Under the pieces are notes generated by a model. That model had not been told where the DNA came from, ran no database searches, and saw only the letters and a list, made by a program, of their open reading frames with translations. 64,000 nt of DNA from Camelus ferus. Its lineage: Eukaryota. Below, in pieces: positions 1 through 13,790 of this stretch. Location of the stretch: contig NC_045696.1 in the NCBI RefSeq assembly GCF_009834535.1, positions 29,080,001 through 29,144,000 on the forward strand, written 5' to 3'. Position 1 is the first letter of the stretch. Every line of letters begins with the position of its first letter. The translations under genes were made by a program, and so were the position numbers.

Positions 1-396
1 GATCAAGAAGAGCACAAAAAAGCACTGCAATAATGTTTTAGCCAAATATCACTTAAAATATAATATACTAATGCATAATGTAAATTAGAAACATAAGCCA
101 CCTGCTTAGTAGGATAATTAAGTGTTTTTTGGATCAAAATTTGAAGTTATTCATATATATATATAGTCTACAATGATATATTAATCAATTATCAGTAGAA
201 ACACTTGCCATTTATTAGAGAAGGAATTTCACATAATGACCTGAATGCAAAGTATTTTCAGGTAGATAGTCTTGTGCATTTGGAAGCCCAGCTTTCTACC
301 ATACTGTCTAAAATTTCAGTTGAATGATGTTTTTAATTTGTTTCTCCATTTTCATATATCAGCAGTAGATTACCACTTCATGTTACAATTACTCAC

Positions 397-405
397 CGCG
401 CTTAT
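397..405 (-). CDS. Candidate 9-nt microexon of an unidentified minus-strand host gene (I-S-A in phase 0, or x-K-R-x in phase 1)
   Basis: Minus strand reads gaatttcgttttcag|ATAAGCGCG|gtgagt: canonical acceptor, strong donor, frame-preserving length, retained CGCG in CpG-poor DNA, and unique (non-repeat) flanks. Confidence 0.55.
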
Positions 406-1989
406 CTGAAAACGAAATTCACAAACATGACGTGAACATAATGCGCTGCAACACAGGCAGAGACATCACTACTCCTGCTCCTGTCACATCTTATGTCAAC
501 ATGCTCACTCATACTAATAAAAAATACACCTTCGGGGACATAATTTGATTAAACCTTATCAGAGCAACTAACATGTCCTATTTGTGTGTAACACTGAAAA
601 TACTCCAGAATCTTACAAGCTGATCTACACGGCACCGAAGTGCATCATGGCAGCATTTTTCAACACACATAAACAAGACACTGACTTCTGCTCTTGTATT
701 TGTTGCCGTCTCCATGTGACATTGCAAGTGTACAGAAAAAAAAAAAACAAAACACAGTGTTTTGTTAATGTGGTTGCTGTTTTGAAACTCATACCATCAC
801 TGTTTAAAGCCTCCCAAGTAGAGAGCTGAATTTAAGTATACCGAAGAACTTAATACTGCTTCCCACCCTACTGCTATCACCACTAGCTCCTGCCCAAATA
901 TTTATGGTTGACATTATTTTAATCCAGAGTTTATCACTCTCTTCTACGGAAGCCATTGGAAACACAGCTATTGTGCCAATTAACTGCATGCACTACTCAA
1001 TTCTGAAATCAGAAAGAACTCTGGATTGAACTGAAGATGACAGAGGCACAGGAAGGGGCAAGAGCTGTGTCATCCTTCTAGGGACTGTAAAAGACGTATT
1101 TGTAAAAGCATGTTTGAATTTGCATTATATAATTAATGGAACAAATCATGATCTTTGCAATAAATCAAGCAGCATAAATATGCATCAAGAAAAATTATTT
1201 TTTATCTTCATCCCATTTCTTTGTTATCTTAACTCCATTCCAGTTCCATCTCTCTGGAATAATCAATATTAATTGTTGAGTGTGTGCTCTGCCACACCTT
1301 TCTTTATGTTGTTTCTAGATGTAGAGATTTTGAGGCTTATGTATCTATTTGAATACAAATTACACACTGTCTAGTAATTTGATTTTTTTTTCACTTAACC
1401 TCTTCTTTCTCCTTTCTCTCACTCTCTCTCCTTTTTTTCCCTTTAATTTTTCTATTGATTGTGTACACAGAAGGGATACTAGATAGGGCTTTATCAGGAA
1501 AACAGAAAGTAATTTAGATTTTCCAGCACCAAGAAAGTAGGAGAGCAGAGTTCAAATAAAAACTGCTCTTGGCTTTCATGACATCTGAGGTGCAGGAATT
1601 TGTTCCTTGCAGGATTTGGGGGCAGTTCACACAGAATTCACTGCAAGCTCCATGCTCTCTGTCCTTTCATCTGTCTATTGCCCCCTATTTCCAAAAGTTG
1701 TGTCATAGCCTGTCATTGGCAGTGTCTAACCCAGATATCTGCCAGCAGGAGAGTCTGGGAGATCAAGATCTCAGTATCTATCATTCTTGAGACACGTAGG
1801 AGAGTGTGGGAGTGGAGCAATGTTGATGTAACAACAAACAATCCAGTTAAAGATTTAAAATTCTTTACACTGACCAACTGTAAATTTTCTTTACATCACA
1901 AATGATCCAAAAATGATTAAGGATAAGATTTATGTTGGAAATCTTTTTCTCTTTCTCTCTTTATCGCTTGCTCTGGTTCTCTCATTATA

Positions 1990-2620
1990 CAATCTTCTGT
2001 AACATTCAGGTTTTTGAAATTTTACAAGGATAAAATTTGATGTTCATATTTGTGTTTGGTTTGTTTGGGCTAGGCACTAAGTGGGGTTTGCAATCTGAAA
2101 ACTAATGCTTTTCAATGTTAATAAATTTCCTTATATATTTTTATTTAATAATCTCCCAATAGCATTTCTCTGTGCTTTTCAGAAGCTCCTATTAATTGGA
2201 TATATGCTCTAATGAATTGGTATCTATTTTTTTCTCTATTTTCTCTTACTTTCCATTTGTTTATATTTTAGTTTTATTTTCTGGAAGATTTTTCTCACCT
2301 TTTATCTTCTAGCCTTTCTATTAGTATGTTATTTTTAATAACCTAGATAATTTCTAAAATTTTGTACTTAAAAAAAAATTCACTGTTTTATAGCACTCCC
2401 CCCCTCCCCCGCCACCCCGTGATGATATATCTTTTGCTAGATTTTGGCTATACATGTGTTAAAATTCTCCACTGCTGCTGAATTTTCTCAAACTTTTTGG
2501 TTTGTTATATGCCTTTTATATGGAGGGATTTATTGGAAGGTCTGTTGATATGATCATCATTCTTTATTTAGTACTGAGGTACTAAAAAGCTACTTAAGCT
2601 CTGCAAAATGTGTGAGAAGT
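1990..2620 (-). mobile_element. Ancient L1M/HAL1-like ORF1-region fragment
   Basis: T-rich degenerate sequence resembling antisense HAL1/L1ME (gaaattttacaagga...gcactaagtgggg...caatctgaaaactaatg...ctcctattaattggat). Confidence 0.45.
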
Positions 2621-3460
2621 GTAAATGGACAGGCCTCTTCTTAGGGTGATGAGTACCAGGCTTTCTCATTGGAGGATGCCAAATTGTGCTCTGACTCTCA
2701 AGGCAAGCACTTTCCAAGGAAGGATGCTCACATGTAGGGGCTACTTGTCTGTTTCATTTGAAGTAATTAGCAAGGACTACTAATCTTTAGTTCATTTGTT
2801 CCACACAATTTTTCAGTCTGTTTTTCCCTTAGACTTTGTTCATGATAAAATTACATGCAATCTTCTCATTTTGGGGTACCAAAGAGTCTTCACTTGTGAG
2901 TTTTGGCTCTTCTCACATGTCCGAATGTAAAAAAACATTCTTTAGCAGTTTTCAAATATTGTATTGCTTCATTTTTAAAACTGAAATATTTATTCCCACT
3001 ACAAGGATCTCTCCCTCCACATCATTTTTTTTCTTTCAATTGATGGCTTATACTAGTAATAATTACTAAGTTCAGCATCATTTTCCACACATTTGAAAAG
3101 CCAACTTTGTCATATATTGAGTTCAATAATATGGTAATATATTTTAGTAATTTTAGCTGATCTTTTAATCATTTTCAATGTAAAAATGCACAATTTTTAA
3201 GAGTAATGTTATAGGACATGTTACTGTCAGATAAGGAAAATCTCAATTCATTTTCCTTCCTTTGGAAAATATTCCCATTCTATTATTGCAGTTTTCTCAC
3301 CCTTTTGAATTGCTGCTGAAAGAAAGCAGAGTAAATTTTAAGGATAAAATAATAAATATTTACATAGTAACAATATTTTCTGTCTTAGAAACATAAAATG
3401 TGTTCATTATGATATAAGTTTAATATTTAGCCAAAAATATTAATATAATTATCTCTTTCT

Positions 3461-4112
3461 GAATAGACTTACCACATGACCCAGGAATCCCACTCCTGGG
3501 CTTGTATCCAGAAGGAAATCTACTTCAGGATGACACCTGCACCCCAATGTTCATAGCAGCACTATTTACAATAGCCAAGACATGGAAACAGCCTAAATGT
3601 CCATCAACAGGTGACTGGATAAAGAAGATGTAGTATATTTATACAATAGAATACTACTCAGCCATAAAAACTGACAACGTAATGCCATTTGCAACAACAT
3701 GGATGCTCTTGGAGAATGTCATTCTAAGTGAAGTAAGCCAGAAAGAGAAAGAAAAATACCATATGAGATCGCTCATATGTGGAATCTAAAAAACAAAAAC
3801 AAAAACAAACAAACAAAAACAAGCATAAATACAGGACAGAAATAGACTCATAGACAGAGAATACAGACTTGTGGTTGCCAGGGGGTCAGAGGGTGGGAAG
3901 GGATAGACTGGGATTTCAAAATTGTAGAATAGATAAACAAGATTATACTGTATAGCACAGGGAAATATACACAAAATGTTATGGTAGCTCACAGAGAAAA
4001 AAAATGTGACAATGAGTGTGTAAATGTCCATGTATGACTGAAAAATTGTGCTGAACACTGGAATTTGACACAACATTGTAAAATGATTATAAATCAATAA
4101 AAAATGTTAAAA
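3461..4112 (+). mobile_element. 5'-truncated, relatively young LINE-1 (ORF2 C-terminus + 3'UTR)
   Basis: Typical L1 3' motifs (gacccaggaatcccactcctggg, caatgttcatagcagcactatttacaatagccaag), AATAAA and A-tail. 14-bp TSD aattatctctttct (3447-3460) / aattacctctttct (4113-4126). Confidence 0.93.
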
Positions 4113-4659
4113 AATTACCTCTTTCTTCCTGTTTATACTGATGTAAAATTGGAAAATCTTAGCAATTTTATGACTAATGTCATTTTTAGTTATAAATATA
4201 TAAGAATATTTACTGAAAAGTTATTAATCGCTGGGTAAAATGATAGCCACTTTTGATGCATTGCTTTGTTTAAATCTCACATGTCATGAAGTAGCCATTA
4301 TTGTTTATGCATTTGTCATATCAGCAAAATCTATCTGCTCTCTCCTACGTTTCCTGTCCTCAGACTGTAATTTCTACTATTGCACTTAAAAGGTCTGGCA
4401 TCCACTCAACATTCTATTCATTTATTTTATTTGCTGTTTGTTTTGTTCAGGAAGAAATATCTTCCACTTGCTTATCTCAAACCCTAGTTCTGATCTCTTA
4501 AATTTAACTGTTATTTCCTGCTGATACACTTTCTTCTGTCTCAGTATTCAGCTGAGCTCAGGCATTAGGAAAGCAGCAAGGAGAATATGGCATTCTAGCG
4601 GGTGGCTAATGAGTGAACAAAATGTACCACTCCTTCTTGTGTTGCTTGGGCATCATGTT

Positions 4660-5060
4660 CAGGTGCTAACAGCAGGGACTAGGCATAGCACGGGCATCAG
4701 CTGGATACTGCTTCTCCAGGGGTAGCAGGACTGCAGTTGCAGCCCTGTTGTCAGAGATGTCTGGTCCTTCTCTCTGCCCTGCCACCTTTAGTGCCTGACT
4801 TGTATTCAAAGTACCTTCGTTGTCCAAGAAGGCTTCTAATGTTCCAGCCATCATATTCAAATCCTAGCAAGATACAGAATAAATGAAGACAGGTAAAAAG
4901 TGATTTCCTGTAAGTTTCTACTACAATCTCTTCCTTAAATTTCTCCGATCAGAACATGGTCCCATTGCTGTAATTATTTGCAAAATTGTCTGAGAAGTGT
5001 GTTTGTCTGTGTGTGTCTGTGTGTGTTTGAGTACAGTTCATACCCCAATAATACAGATTT
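4660..5060 (-). mobile_element. Old MaLR (MLT1-type) LTR remnant
   Basis: Degenerate resemblance to antisense MLT1J/K-type motifs (ttccagccatcatattc, atcagaacatggtcccattg, tgcaaaattgtctgagaagtg). Confidence 0.45.
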
Positions 5061-5925
5061 CTGTGTCTATGTGAATAACTTTAATGTTTTCACAGTCCAT
5101 CCCTTTGAAAAACTAACTACCAAGGGGGTATACTGATTCCCAAATATTGAAAGAGTCAATCTTTTCACAAAAGGGACAGACCCAAAATTCCACCCAGGTA
5201 CCAAACCATCAGAAAAGCACAGAATGTTTGCTTCTTGCGTGTCTGTCTCTATCAGGATGGTAGATGGCATCTCATAGTCCACTGATCTCAGGCTAATACA
5301 TGAGTTCACTGTTTTCAATCATAATGAAAGCACAGTGGTGGGGATGAAATAATATATCTGTAATAAAAATTCCCATTTAGAAGACATACACAGACATTAC
5401 TAGTGCATAGTTTTTACCATTTACAGCCAGGCAGGCACTACATGAATGGCTCTGAGGCAGGATCTAGCTCTGTTCCCTGCGGGCCCTTCCTTGTCAATAC
5501 TCACTTGGCTATAATTAAACCGGACAAGGGGAGGATGTCCAGAATTCCTAAGGGATGCAGTCTGAACAACATACTCTGTGATGGTGTAAGTCCAGGGGCA
5601 CTGAAATTGCTTTCAGGTACTTACAGTCACAGGCTACCATAGGGTAGGAATGGTGTTTCTTTTACAAAGAAAATAATAACAATAAAAATAAAATATTAAT
5701 ACTCTTATTCCCAAATATAATAGGTTTCAAAATCTCTCTTACACAGTAACATTGGCAGTTACAATTTAAAGTATATGCCACCCTAGTGAAAGATCTAGTA
5801 CCTCAGTGAGAGATTCAGAATATTTGGGGACACGTTTTTTTTTTTAAAGACCTCAAGAAATATAATAAAGAGAGTACAAAATAAGATGTCACAAGATCTA
5901 AGTTTGTCCCTACCTCGATACTTAC

Positions 5926-6100
5926 CTTTGGCTTTGAACAAGAAACAGCCATTCCATAACTTAGCTTTGCCTTCTTTAAAATGCTACCAACGTTTACATG
6001 AAACAAATGAGATAATATGAAGGGAAGTGTTTTGTGGATTATAACACGGTCCATTATACCAGGTATTATTGTTACGACAGCAATCACTGAAGAGCACCCA
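5926..6100 (-). other. Weak candidate exon (175 nt)
   Basis: ttttctattatag acceptor and AAG|gtaagt donor on the minus strand. One open frame (GCSSVIAVV...SCSKPK), with no protein similarity I recognise. Confidence 0.22.
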
Positions 6101-7419
6101 CTATAATAGAAAATTTTCTTTATATAAAGTATGCCATAAAAGAAAAAAATTATATAATGTGCTGAGCATGCTATCAAGCATTGTATACTGCTCAAGGGAC
6201 ATTTCTGTGGAACTTGGCACTGTTCTCTCAGTGTCAAATGTATCATTGTGGCTGCAGTAGACAACATCATTATTTGGGCATCTTTCACAAATTTCACCTA
6301 TAATGAATACATATAATTCTCCTTTTTGAAGCAAAAATGGAGAGTGTTGATTTCTTATGATTTCTTTTCTGAAAAGCATTGTAATTTATTATAGAAATAA
6401 ATTCTTACCAAGGGCTGTGTGTCCTTGTTTCTACAAGCCTTTAGAGTCCAGCTCACGGATATTGCTTAACGGCTGATGATCTGCACAAAAACATACTGAA
6501 TGCTGGGGAAAACATGGGGCTCTTCAGAATGCACAAATATAGATATCTTAGCCTTGCTTCCTATTGTGCAGGTGGGTTTTTCCTTAGGGTTCCTGGAATG
6601 AGTCCACGATATTCTGCCTTATACACACATCTAGGACTCCAGCCCAGGGCAGTCTCTTCATTATCAAGAACCAGCGGCAAAACACTGGCATCAGGTCAGG
6701 AAGATGAAGACAACAAAGCTAAAAGATAACCACTTGCACAGAGAATGCCATTCTGGCTACATAGATATTACCTTTGTGTAGAAGTAATTATTTGGACAAA
6801 GAGTGAATGATTCATTTTTATATAACTCAGGCAAATTTTTTAAACTTCATTTTCAGGGGTTTGTATATTTTAACATTAAAAACTTGTGGCGTGTATGTGT
6901 GTATCATATATATGTGTGCATGTACATGCAACTATCTGGGCATATGTTACTTGTATATATTATATATGAATAAATAGGTATACTTACATATAATTCTTAT
7001 ACAATGAAAAATCTGTCTCATTTCTACCTGACACATATACAAAAATAAGGATTCTTATTGTTTTCTGTCTTTATTTCTTGATAATGTCTATATTTACACA
7101 AGTGACAAGAAATATATGCCCTAATCCCCCTTATTACTTAAGAAGTAGCATACTGCCACACTGTTGTGAACCTTGATTTTTTCATTTAATAGCAGATGGT
7201 ATATGTTTATTAATAGAATATTATTAAATATTAATACACAAATACCTCATTATTTTATACAAGTACATAAATTCTACTTTATGATGACCCATAATTTATT
7301 TAATTGATCCCTTTTTGATGGAATAGTATATTAAATATAATGAAGTTTTTTTTTTCTAAACTACATCGCTAAAAACCTTCAACATGTTATTTTCTAAGAG
7401 TGCAACTGGACGTGCTAGT

Positions 7420-8997
7420 CAACATAGACAACCTAGAAAACCTAGGTTTCTTCCAGGACAACCTAGAAGAAGTGGATACAATTTTAGAGATAACCAACCT
7501 AGGAAAACTGAATCAGGAAGAAACAGAAAATCCGAACAGACCAATAAGGAGTAAGGAGATTGAATCAATAATCAACACCCCCCCAACACCCACAATAAAG
7601 AAAAGCCCAGGACCAGATGGCATCACTGGTGAATTTTATGAAACATTTAAAGAAGAAGTAACATCAGTCCTTCACAAAATTCTCCCAAAAAAATTGAAGA
7701 AGAGGGAACACTCTCAAACACATTTTATGAGGCCAGCATTATTCTGGTACTAAAGAAAGACAAGGTTACTACAAGAAAAGAAACTTGTACACCAATATCC
7801 TTGGTGAATATAAATGCAAATGTTCTCAGCAAAATAGTTGCAAACAGAATTCAACAGTACATTCAAAGGATAATACACCATGATCAAGAGGGATTTATCA
7901 TTGGGATGCAAAGGTGGTTCAATGTACTCAAATCAATAAATGTAATACATCGCATTAACGAAATGAAAGATTAAAAGTACATAACCATTTCAACAGAGCA
8001 AAAAAGGCATTTTACAAAATTCAATGCCCATTCATGATGAAAAGTCTCAACAAATTAGGTATAGAAGAAATGTACCTCAATACCATACATGACAAGCCTA
8101 CAGCTAACATCAGATCAATTGTAAAGTTGAAACCTTTTCCTTTAAGATCAGGAATGAGACAAGGGTGCCCTCTCACAGTATTACTATTCAGCATAGGATT
8201 GGAAGTCCCAACTAAAACAATCAGGCAAGAAGAGAAATAAAGGTCATCATAATTAGAAAAGATAGGGTTTTTTTTTTCTCTTTGCAATTGACATGATTTA
8301 ATATATAGAAAATCCTAAAGACTCTATCAATAAACTGTTAGATCTTAATTAACAAATCCAGTAAAGTTGCAGGATACAAAAATCAACATCCAAAAATCAG
8401 TAGTATTTCTATATACTAATAATGAATTATCTGAAAAAAGTAAACAATTCTATTTATAAAAGCATAAAAAAATAAAATTCTTAGTAATAAATTTAACCAA
8501 GGTCGTGAAAGATCTCTACACCGAAAACTATAAGACTTTGATGAAAGAAATCAAAAAAGACACAAATAAACGTAATATATACTATGTTTTTAGGTTGGAA
8601 GACCTAATATTGTTAAAATGTCCATACTACCCAAAGCTATCTATAGATTCAATGCAATGCTTATCAAGATTCTAATGGCATGGCTTACAGAAAAATAGAA
8701 GAATTGCTAAAAGGTGTATAGAACCACAGAAGATTTTGAATAGCCAAAGCAGTCTGGAGAAAGAAAAACAAAGTTGGAGGCATCACACATCCTGATATCA
8801 AACTATATTACAAAGCTACAGGAATGAAAACAGAATTATACAGGTATAAAAACAGAATTGGGAGCCAGAAATAAACCCAGGCATGCCTGGTCAACTAATA
8901 TTGACAGGCAAGCCAAGAATACTCAATGGAGAAAAGACAGTTTCTCCAATAAAAGGTGCTGGGAAAACTGGATAGTCACATGCAAAATAATGAAACT
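7420..8997 (+). mobile_element. Internal LINE-1 ORF2 fragment (RT region), truncated at both ends
   Basis: ORF track gives L1 ORF2 peptides ([37 protein letters not shown]). Many stops and frameshifts, no 3'UTR or poly(A). Confidence 0.93.
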
Positions 8998-10729
8998 ATT
9001 ACTGAAACACATTCAGTCTATAGCAAAACACAATTAAAATACCCCTAAATTACCTGGTTTTAGAATTTGAAATACACTCTTCTAATGTTTTTATTAATTT
9101 AAAAATTGTTAATATGTCATAGACATAGATTACACTTAAGCATAGATAGGTAAGTAGATACAGACAGAGATGAAAAAAGATTATATTCAGTGTCACTGGA
9201 CAGTTCACAGAATTGTAGGAAAATCTGAATACAATCAGATCTTCAAAATACAGATTTTCAATTTTTTAAAAAGAAGTGCTTATTTTAAAATTCTTTAAAT
9301 TTGAATATGTTCTACTTGAGATTCTTATCCTAAAGAGAAAAAGTTGGATTAGTTTAGATTTTGTTTTGCTTATTAATATGTCAATTTTCATCCTCACGTC
9401 CCCAATGCTAAAAGAAGTTAAATAATTAGAAAAGAGTATAACCACCAAGAAAAAGAGGTGTTATCACCAAAAGAAATGCATATGTTGCTGACAGTTGTTA
9501 AGGCCATATTTGAAAAATCTTTTAAAATAGTATATATTTTTTTTGATTAATAATGTTATTTATATACACATATATTCATATTTATAAACATATCCAGACA
9601 TCTATGATTGCCATTTTATTTCATTTCTTAAGACATTAGATGCCACACAATAACTTTTCCAAAATTAACAAACAATAAAAGCACATGTCAACCTTTCACT
9701 GGAGTGAGTAATTTCCTCCACGTTTTTCAGGTATATGAAAGACAATCACAAGATTAATTTCCCCACCTTCTCTTGGCATTCAGGAAAATACCTGTACTAT
9801 AAAATTTTTTCACAGTAATATATTTTATTTCATTACAACTTAAAAGATACTGTTTTAATTTTTCTAATATAAAGCAGCATCCACATAAAACTCATTTTTA
9901 CCGAATACGTAAAACATCAACAGCCAAAGTAACACAATAACATTTGTTTTCAGAAACAAGTGGAAAGTTATTGTAATAATACATTTATCCCAAATATCAA
10001 TCTAGGCTTATATTAAAGAGCAATGTTTATAAGAAAATTATTTAATAAAAACCATCAGAGTGCCTTCTTATCAAACAATTGACCACTGATTCACAGCTCT
10101 ATTTAGAAACCCTTGCTAAAAGGTTAATGGTTATAGACAGAATGCAAACTATTTGATTATCATTTAATTCACTATTCTGAATGTGGTATGAAATACAGAG
10201 AGTGAAATGGAACAGAGGCTATATCAAAAGCCTAAATTTTTAATTAGCTTTATATAGAATAACTCATTAACTGCAGGGTTAATGTTGAGGCCCTAGTGTA
10301 AAACATTGGAAGTATATCTTTAAATGTGCTAATTAAAAAACCTTTCAGTTGCAATTATATCTTTAATAGAAAGCAAGTTTAATTTTATAGAGTAGCACAA
10401 GGACCTAAAATTAGAATTCTGATTTTACATACACACACACACATGAACACACAACACAATCAAATCACATACACCTTATCGGTAAATTGAGTTTCCATAT
10501 CCCTATATTATTACTACTGAGGCAACTTTGTTATAAAAGGTAAACAATGACATGAACAGAAAACTCATTTGCACAAGACAAAAATTGAGGTGGGATAAGT
10601 ATCAAGCTTCACTTCATAAGGTAACAATTTTTGTGAAACAATTAAATTATAATTTACATTAATATTGTGACTCATATATACAAAGACTTAATCTACAAAT
10701 GTGTTGTACTATTTTTCTATCTTAAGGTT

Positions 10730-11240
10730 TATTTGTTGGCACAAAGTGATTAAGGACCCTGCATTGTAGTGGTAAGAAATCCAACTCAAACAAGCTGAAG
10801 CCAAAGGCAAAGGAGCAACTGTCAGGAACCAATGACTGAATGTAGCCCAGCCCCAGAAATGCAGAAACAGTCTCTTTAACGCCACTGGGACTCTCCCTTT
10901 CTCATCTTCCAATTCTCTCTGCTTTTGCACTGGGCCAGCTTTCTCTAACTAGAAAGAAAATATGACTTTTACCAGTTCCAGAGCTTTAGATTTTTGTAGT
11001 TTGAATAACCTGTAAGACAAAATAACATGCTCCAAGTTTAGAAATCTCATGGAAAGTATTCATTGCCCTAGATGATCTAAAACTGATGCCTACCCCAACT
11101 TTGGTTGATCGACTAATTCCTCACATGAGGTTGGGAGCATCTTACTCTGTCTAGGGAACAGGTCATATTATTCTCAAAATTGCAATCTCCATGATAATCA
11201 TGTGATTGAGAAAGAAAAAAATCCCTAAAAACAGGGGTCA
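10730..11240 (-). mobile_element. Old MaLR (MLT1-type) LTR remnant
   Basis: gtggtaagaaatccaactcaaacaagctgaagccaaagg resembles the antisense end of MLT1J-N elements. Confidence 0.4.
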
Positions 11241-13289
11241 CAGTATCAGTCCAACAATTAGAAGAAAATTTGAAAACTTGAAATTAATCTGTTTTGTCGC
11301 CCACATAAGGGATTTTTCTCTGGACTCTGCATGAATCATTCCCTTGACAAAGAATTTATTATTTTGGTAATTATTTCTTGCAAAATAAAGCAGGCAAATT
11401 TGAGTCCCAGTTTTGAGTTTACCTCATGTTCCATGTGTGGTTTTTCACAAAAGCTTAACCTACATAATCCCAATTTCCTCTCCAGAGTACAGGTTTATTG
11501 TACCTTCCTCTTGGCAATGTTATAAAGACTAAATAGAATAATATGGCAGAACACCAAGCCCTTATATGGACAAAGCTTCTAAAAATGTTAGTTCCTTTCC
11601 TGTCAAAAATCCATTCACGTTCTGCTACAGATACCTCGATCTTTTGTTTGCTGTCCTATTTCTGTCATGGAGATCTAGGGAAACTAAATCAAACCTCTCT
11701 TCTTCATAAAAATACTTCAAATACTAGAAGATACTTAATATGTCCTCTTTAAATGTACTTGGCATTTTTTAATGTAATGCAGAATTTTATCCACATGTAA
11801 AATTTTATCTTGCTATATTTGACCACTTATTCCAGTCTGTCAGGATTTTAACTACGGCTTCTGGTATGCAGAACACTGGCTGTCAATCTCAGCTTTGCTT
11901 GTTTAATAACCATAACGTCTATGCCTTTATGGCCTTTATTAGTAATAAATATTGAAAAGTGTAGAACAGGACAGACTGATCTTCTCACTATAAAACTTTA
12001 TCAAGCTTGACATCGATCAACATACACCAAATAAGTATATTTAATAATCTACAAATCCACCATTTGCTTTATTTTCTATCCTACATCTTTTCATCTTGTT
12101 CAAAAGTTGTAATGAAAGTGTTTTATCGGTGTTTTTTGTCACCTGAGTTTTTTAGGAGAGATTATGTAATGTCAGTAAATCTGTGTAAATGCACGTAAGT
12201 CCCTTACTATCTCAGGAATTCAGTTTTAACAAGATTAATATTGTATCATTTGCCTAATATTCAGAATTGCAGTGACTATCACACATAATAATCTACCAGA
12301 AAGTGCTTTTTATCAAGCGCTAAAAGAAAGATAAAGCAGCATTATCATGCAAATTCCGTTTATCTTATATGAAACAACTACCAAAATAGTAAATAAATTC
12401 ACGTTGTATCCTAGTAATCACTCCTCTCTGGTCTATCTCCTCCCACAATCTGTTTAATTCCTCCTGAATTCTGTAGAGAATTGATGATACTAAATACTGG
12501 ATGATAATGGTTTCCTTAGAAACAATGTTATAAATAATACTTAGGTTCACAAGTTAGTCTTTAGAGACCTAATTATCCATAATGTCGATATTTTTACCTT
12601 TGATATATATTAAGATCCCCTGAGAAGCTTTACATATTAATGATCAAGCAATTGAATGAATAACTATTGAATCACAGACTCTATGGAGATCATTTTTAAA
12701 GCTCTCACGGTTGGTTCTAAAGTTCAGTCTGACTTGAGAACTACTGACACCACCACTTCTAGATTCTAACGCAAGAACAGCAGGAAAGTAAACTGATTTA
12801 ATAGCAAAAGTCTACCTAACTTCCAACCACCCTTTTCTAAACTCTTTTTTCCCTTCCCTTGGTGGTACCCTTGGTGGTACCCTCTCCAGGTAACTAGTCT
12901 TCATGACTCTTCACAGAACAGCTTTTGCTATTTCTATAGGTTCTGCTTTTTTTAAGCAAAATGTGTTTTATTCTTCCTCCTCCACATTCAAAAGTCTCAT
13001 CACGTCTCAACTCCCAAAATATGTGTTTCTGAAAGTCGCCTGTGAGTGAGTTGGTTGGAACTCACCCCATCTCTCATATAAGGTAAGGTGCTTGGATTAT
13101 GACGAATGTAAATCTACCATGTCGTTAAGCACACTGTTGAGTTCACTTGTCACTCTTTTCTTAACAATCTTCTTCATGAAGGAAGATAGACATTGATTTA
13201 CATCCTTGTACAAGTTTCTTATGTCATTGCAGAAGAGTAATAGTTTGTAGACCACTGCAGGTCCACAGGCCATGATGTTAGAGCACCAT

Positions 13290-13457
13290 TAATGATTAGC
13301 TATTTAAAGCATGGGCTGTGACCAGCCACATCAGCTGGGAGTATGTTAAAATTGTGTGTTAAAATTGCAGACTCTCAGGCCACACCTGAGTCAAAATCTG
13401 AATTTTAATAAGATCCCTGGGAGATTCATATGCACAATAAATTTAGAGAAGCAGTGA
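13290..13457. mobile_element. MER5-type hAT-Charlie DNA transposon
   Basis: aaattgcagactctcaggccacacc...tctgaattttaataagatccctgggagattcatatgcac...tttagagaagcagtg matches the MER5A/B pattern. A second MER5-like end lies at ~12610-12745. Confidence 0.65.
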
Positions 13458-13579
13458 TCTATAGTATACATTAAAAAGAAAACAAGCTGATGGGAAAACC
13501 CACACATGCATTGCTGGTTGACATACTGACAGAGGAATTATATTTCTCAGATGGAGTAAAGTGATGGGATATTATTAGA

Positions 13580-13790
13580 AAGCATGAACAGAATGCCATT
13601 TTTATACATGAAGAATCCCAACTCTTCTACTATGTGACACAAGGCTAGAAATTTAATCACTATAAGCCTCATTTTCTTGTCATAAAATGAAGTTAATAAT
13701 ATTTCTATTTCAGACTTTTTATGAACTTAGTTCTAATGTATATAAAGCAACTCGTACAGGTCTGAGGCATCACAGATGCTAAATCTGAAG
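13580..13790 (+). mobile_element. MIR SINE remnant
   Basis: MIR core: tactatgtgac...aagcctcattttcttgtcataaaatgaagttaataat. Similar cores at ~34690-34915 and ~37610-37750. Confidence 0.55.

Noticed and set aside
5815..6297. Longest ORF (160 aa) as a single-exon gene
   Set aside because: Non-ATG start, low-complexity AT-driven composition and no recognisable domain. Only an internal exon-like part was kept, at low confidence.
12856..12883. 12-bp tandem duplication cccttggtggta x2
   Set aside because: Ordinary local slippage duplication; similar ones occur at ~13344, ~32598 and ~45865.
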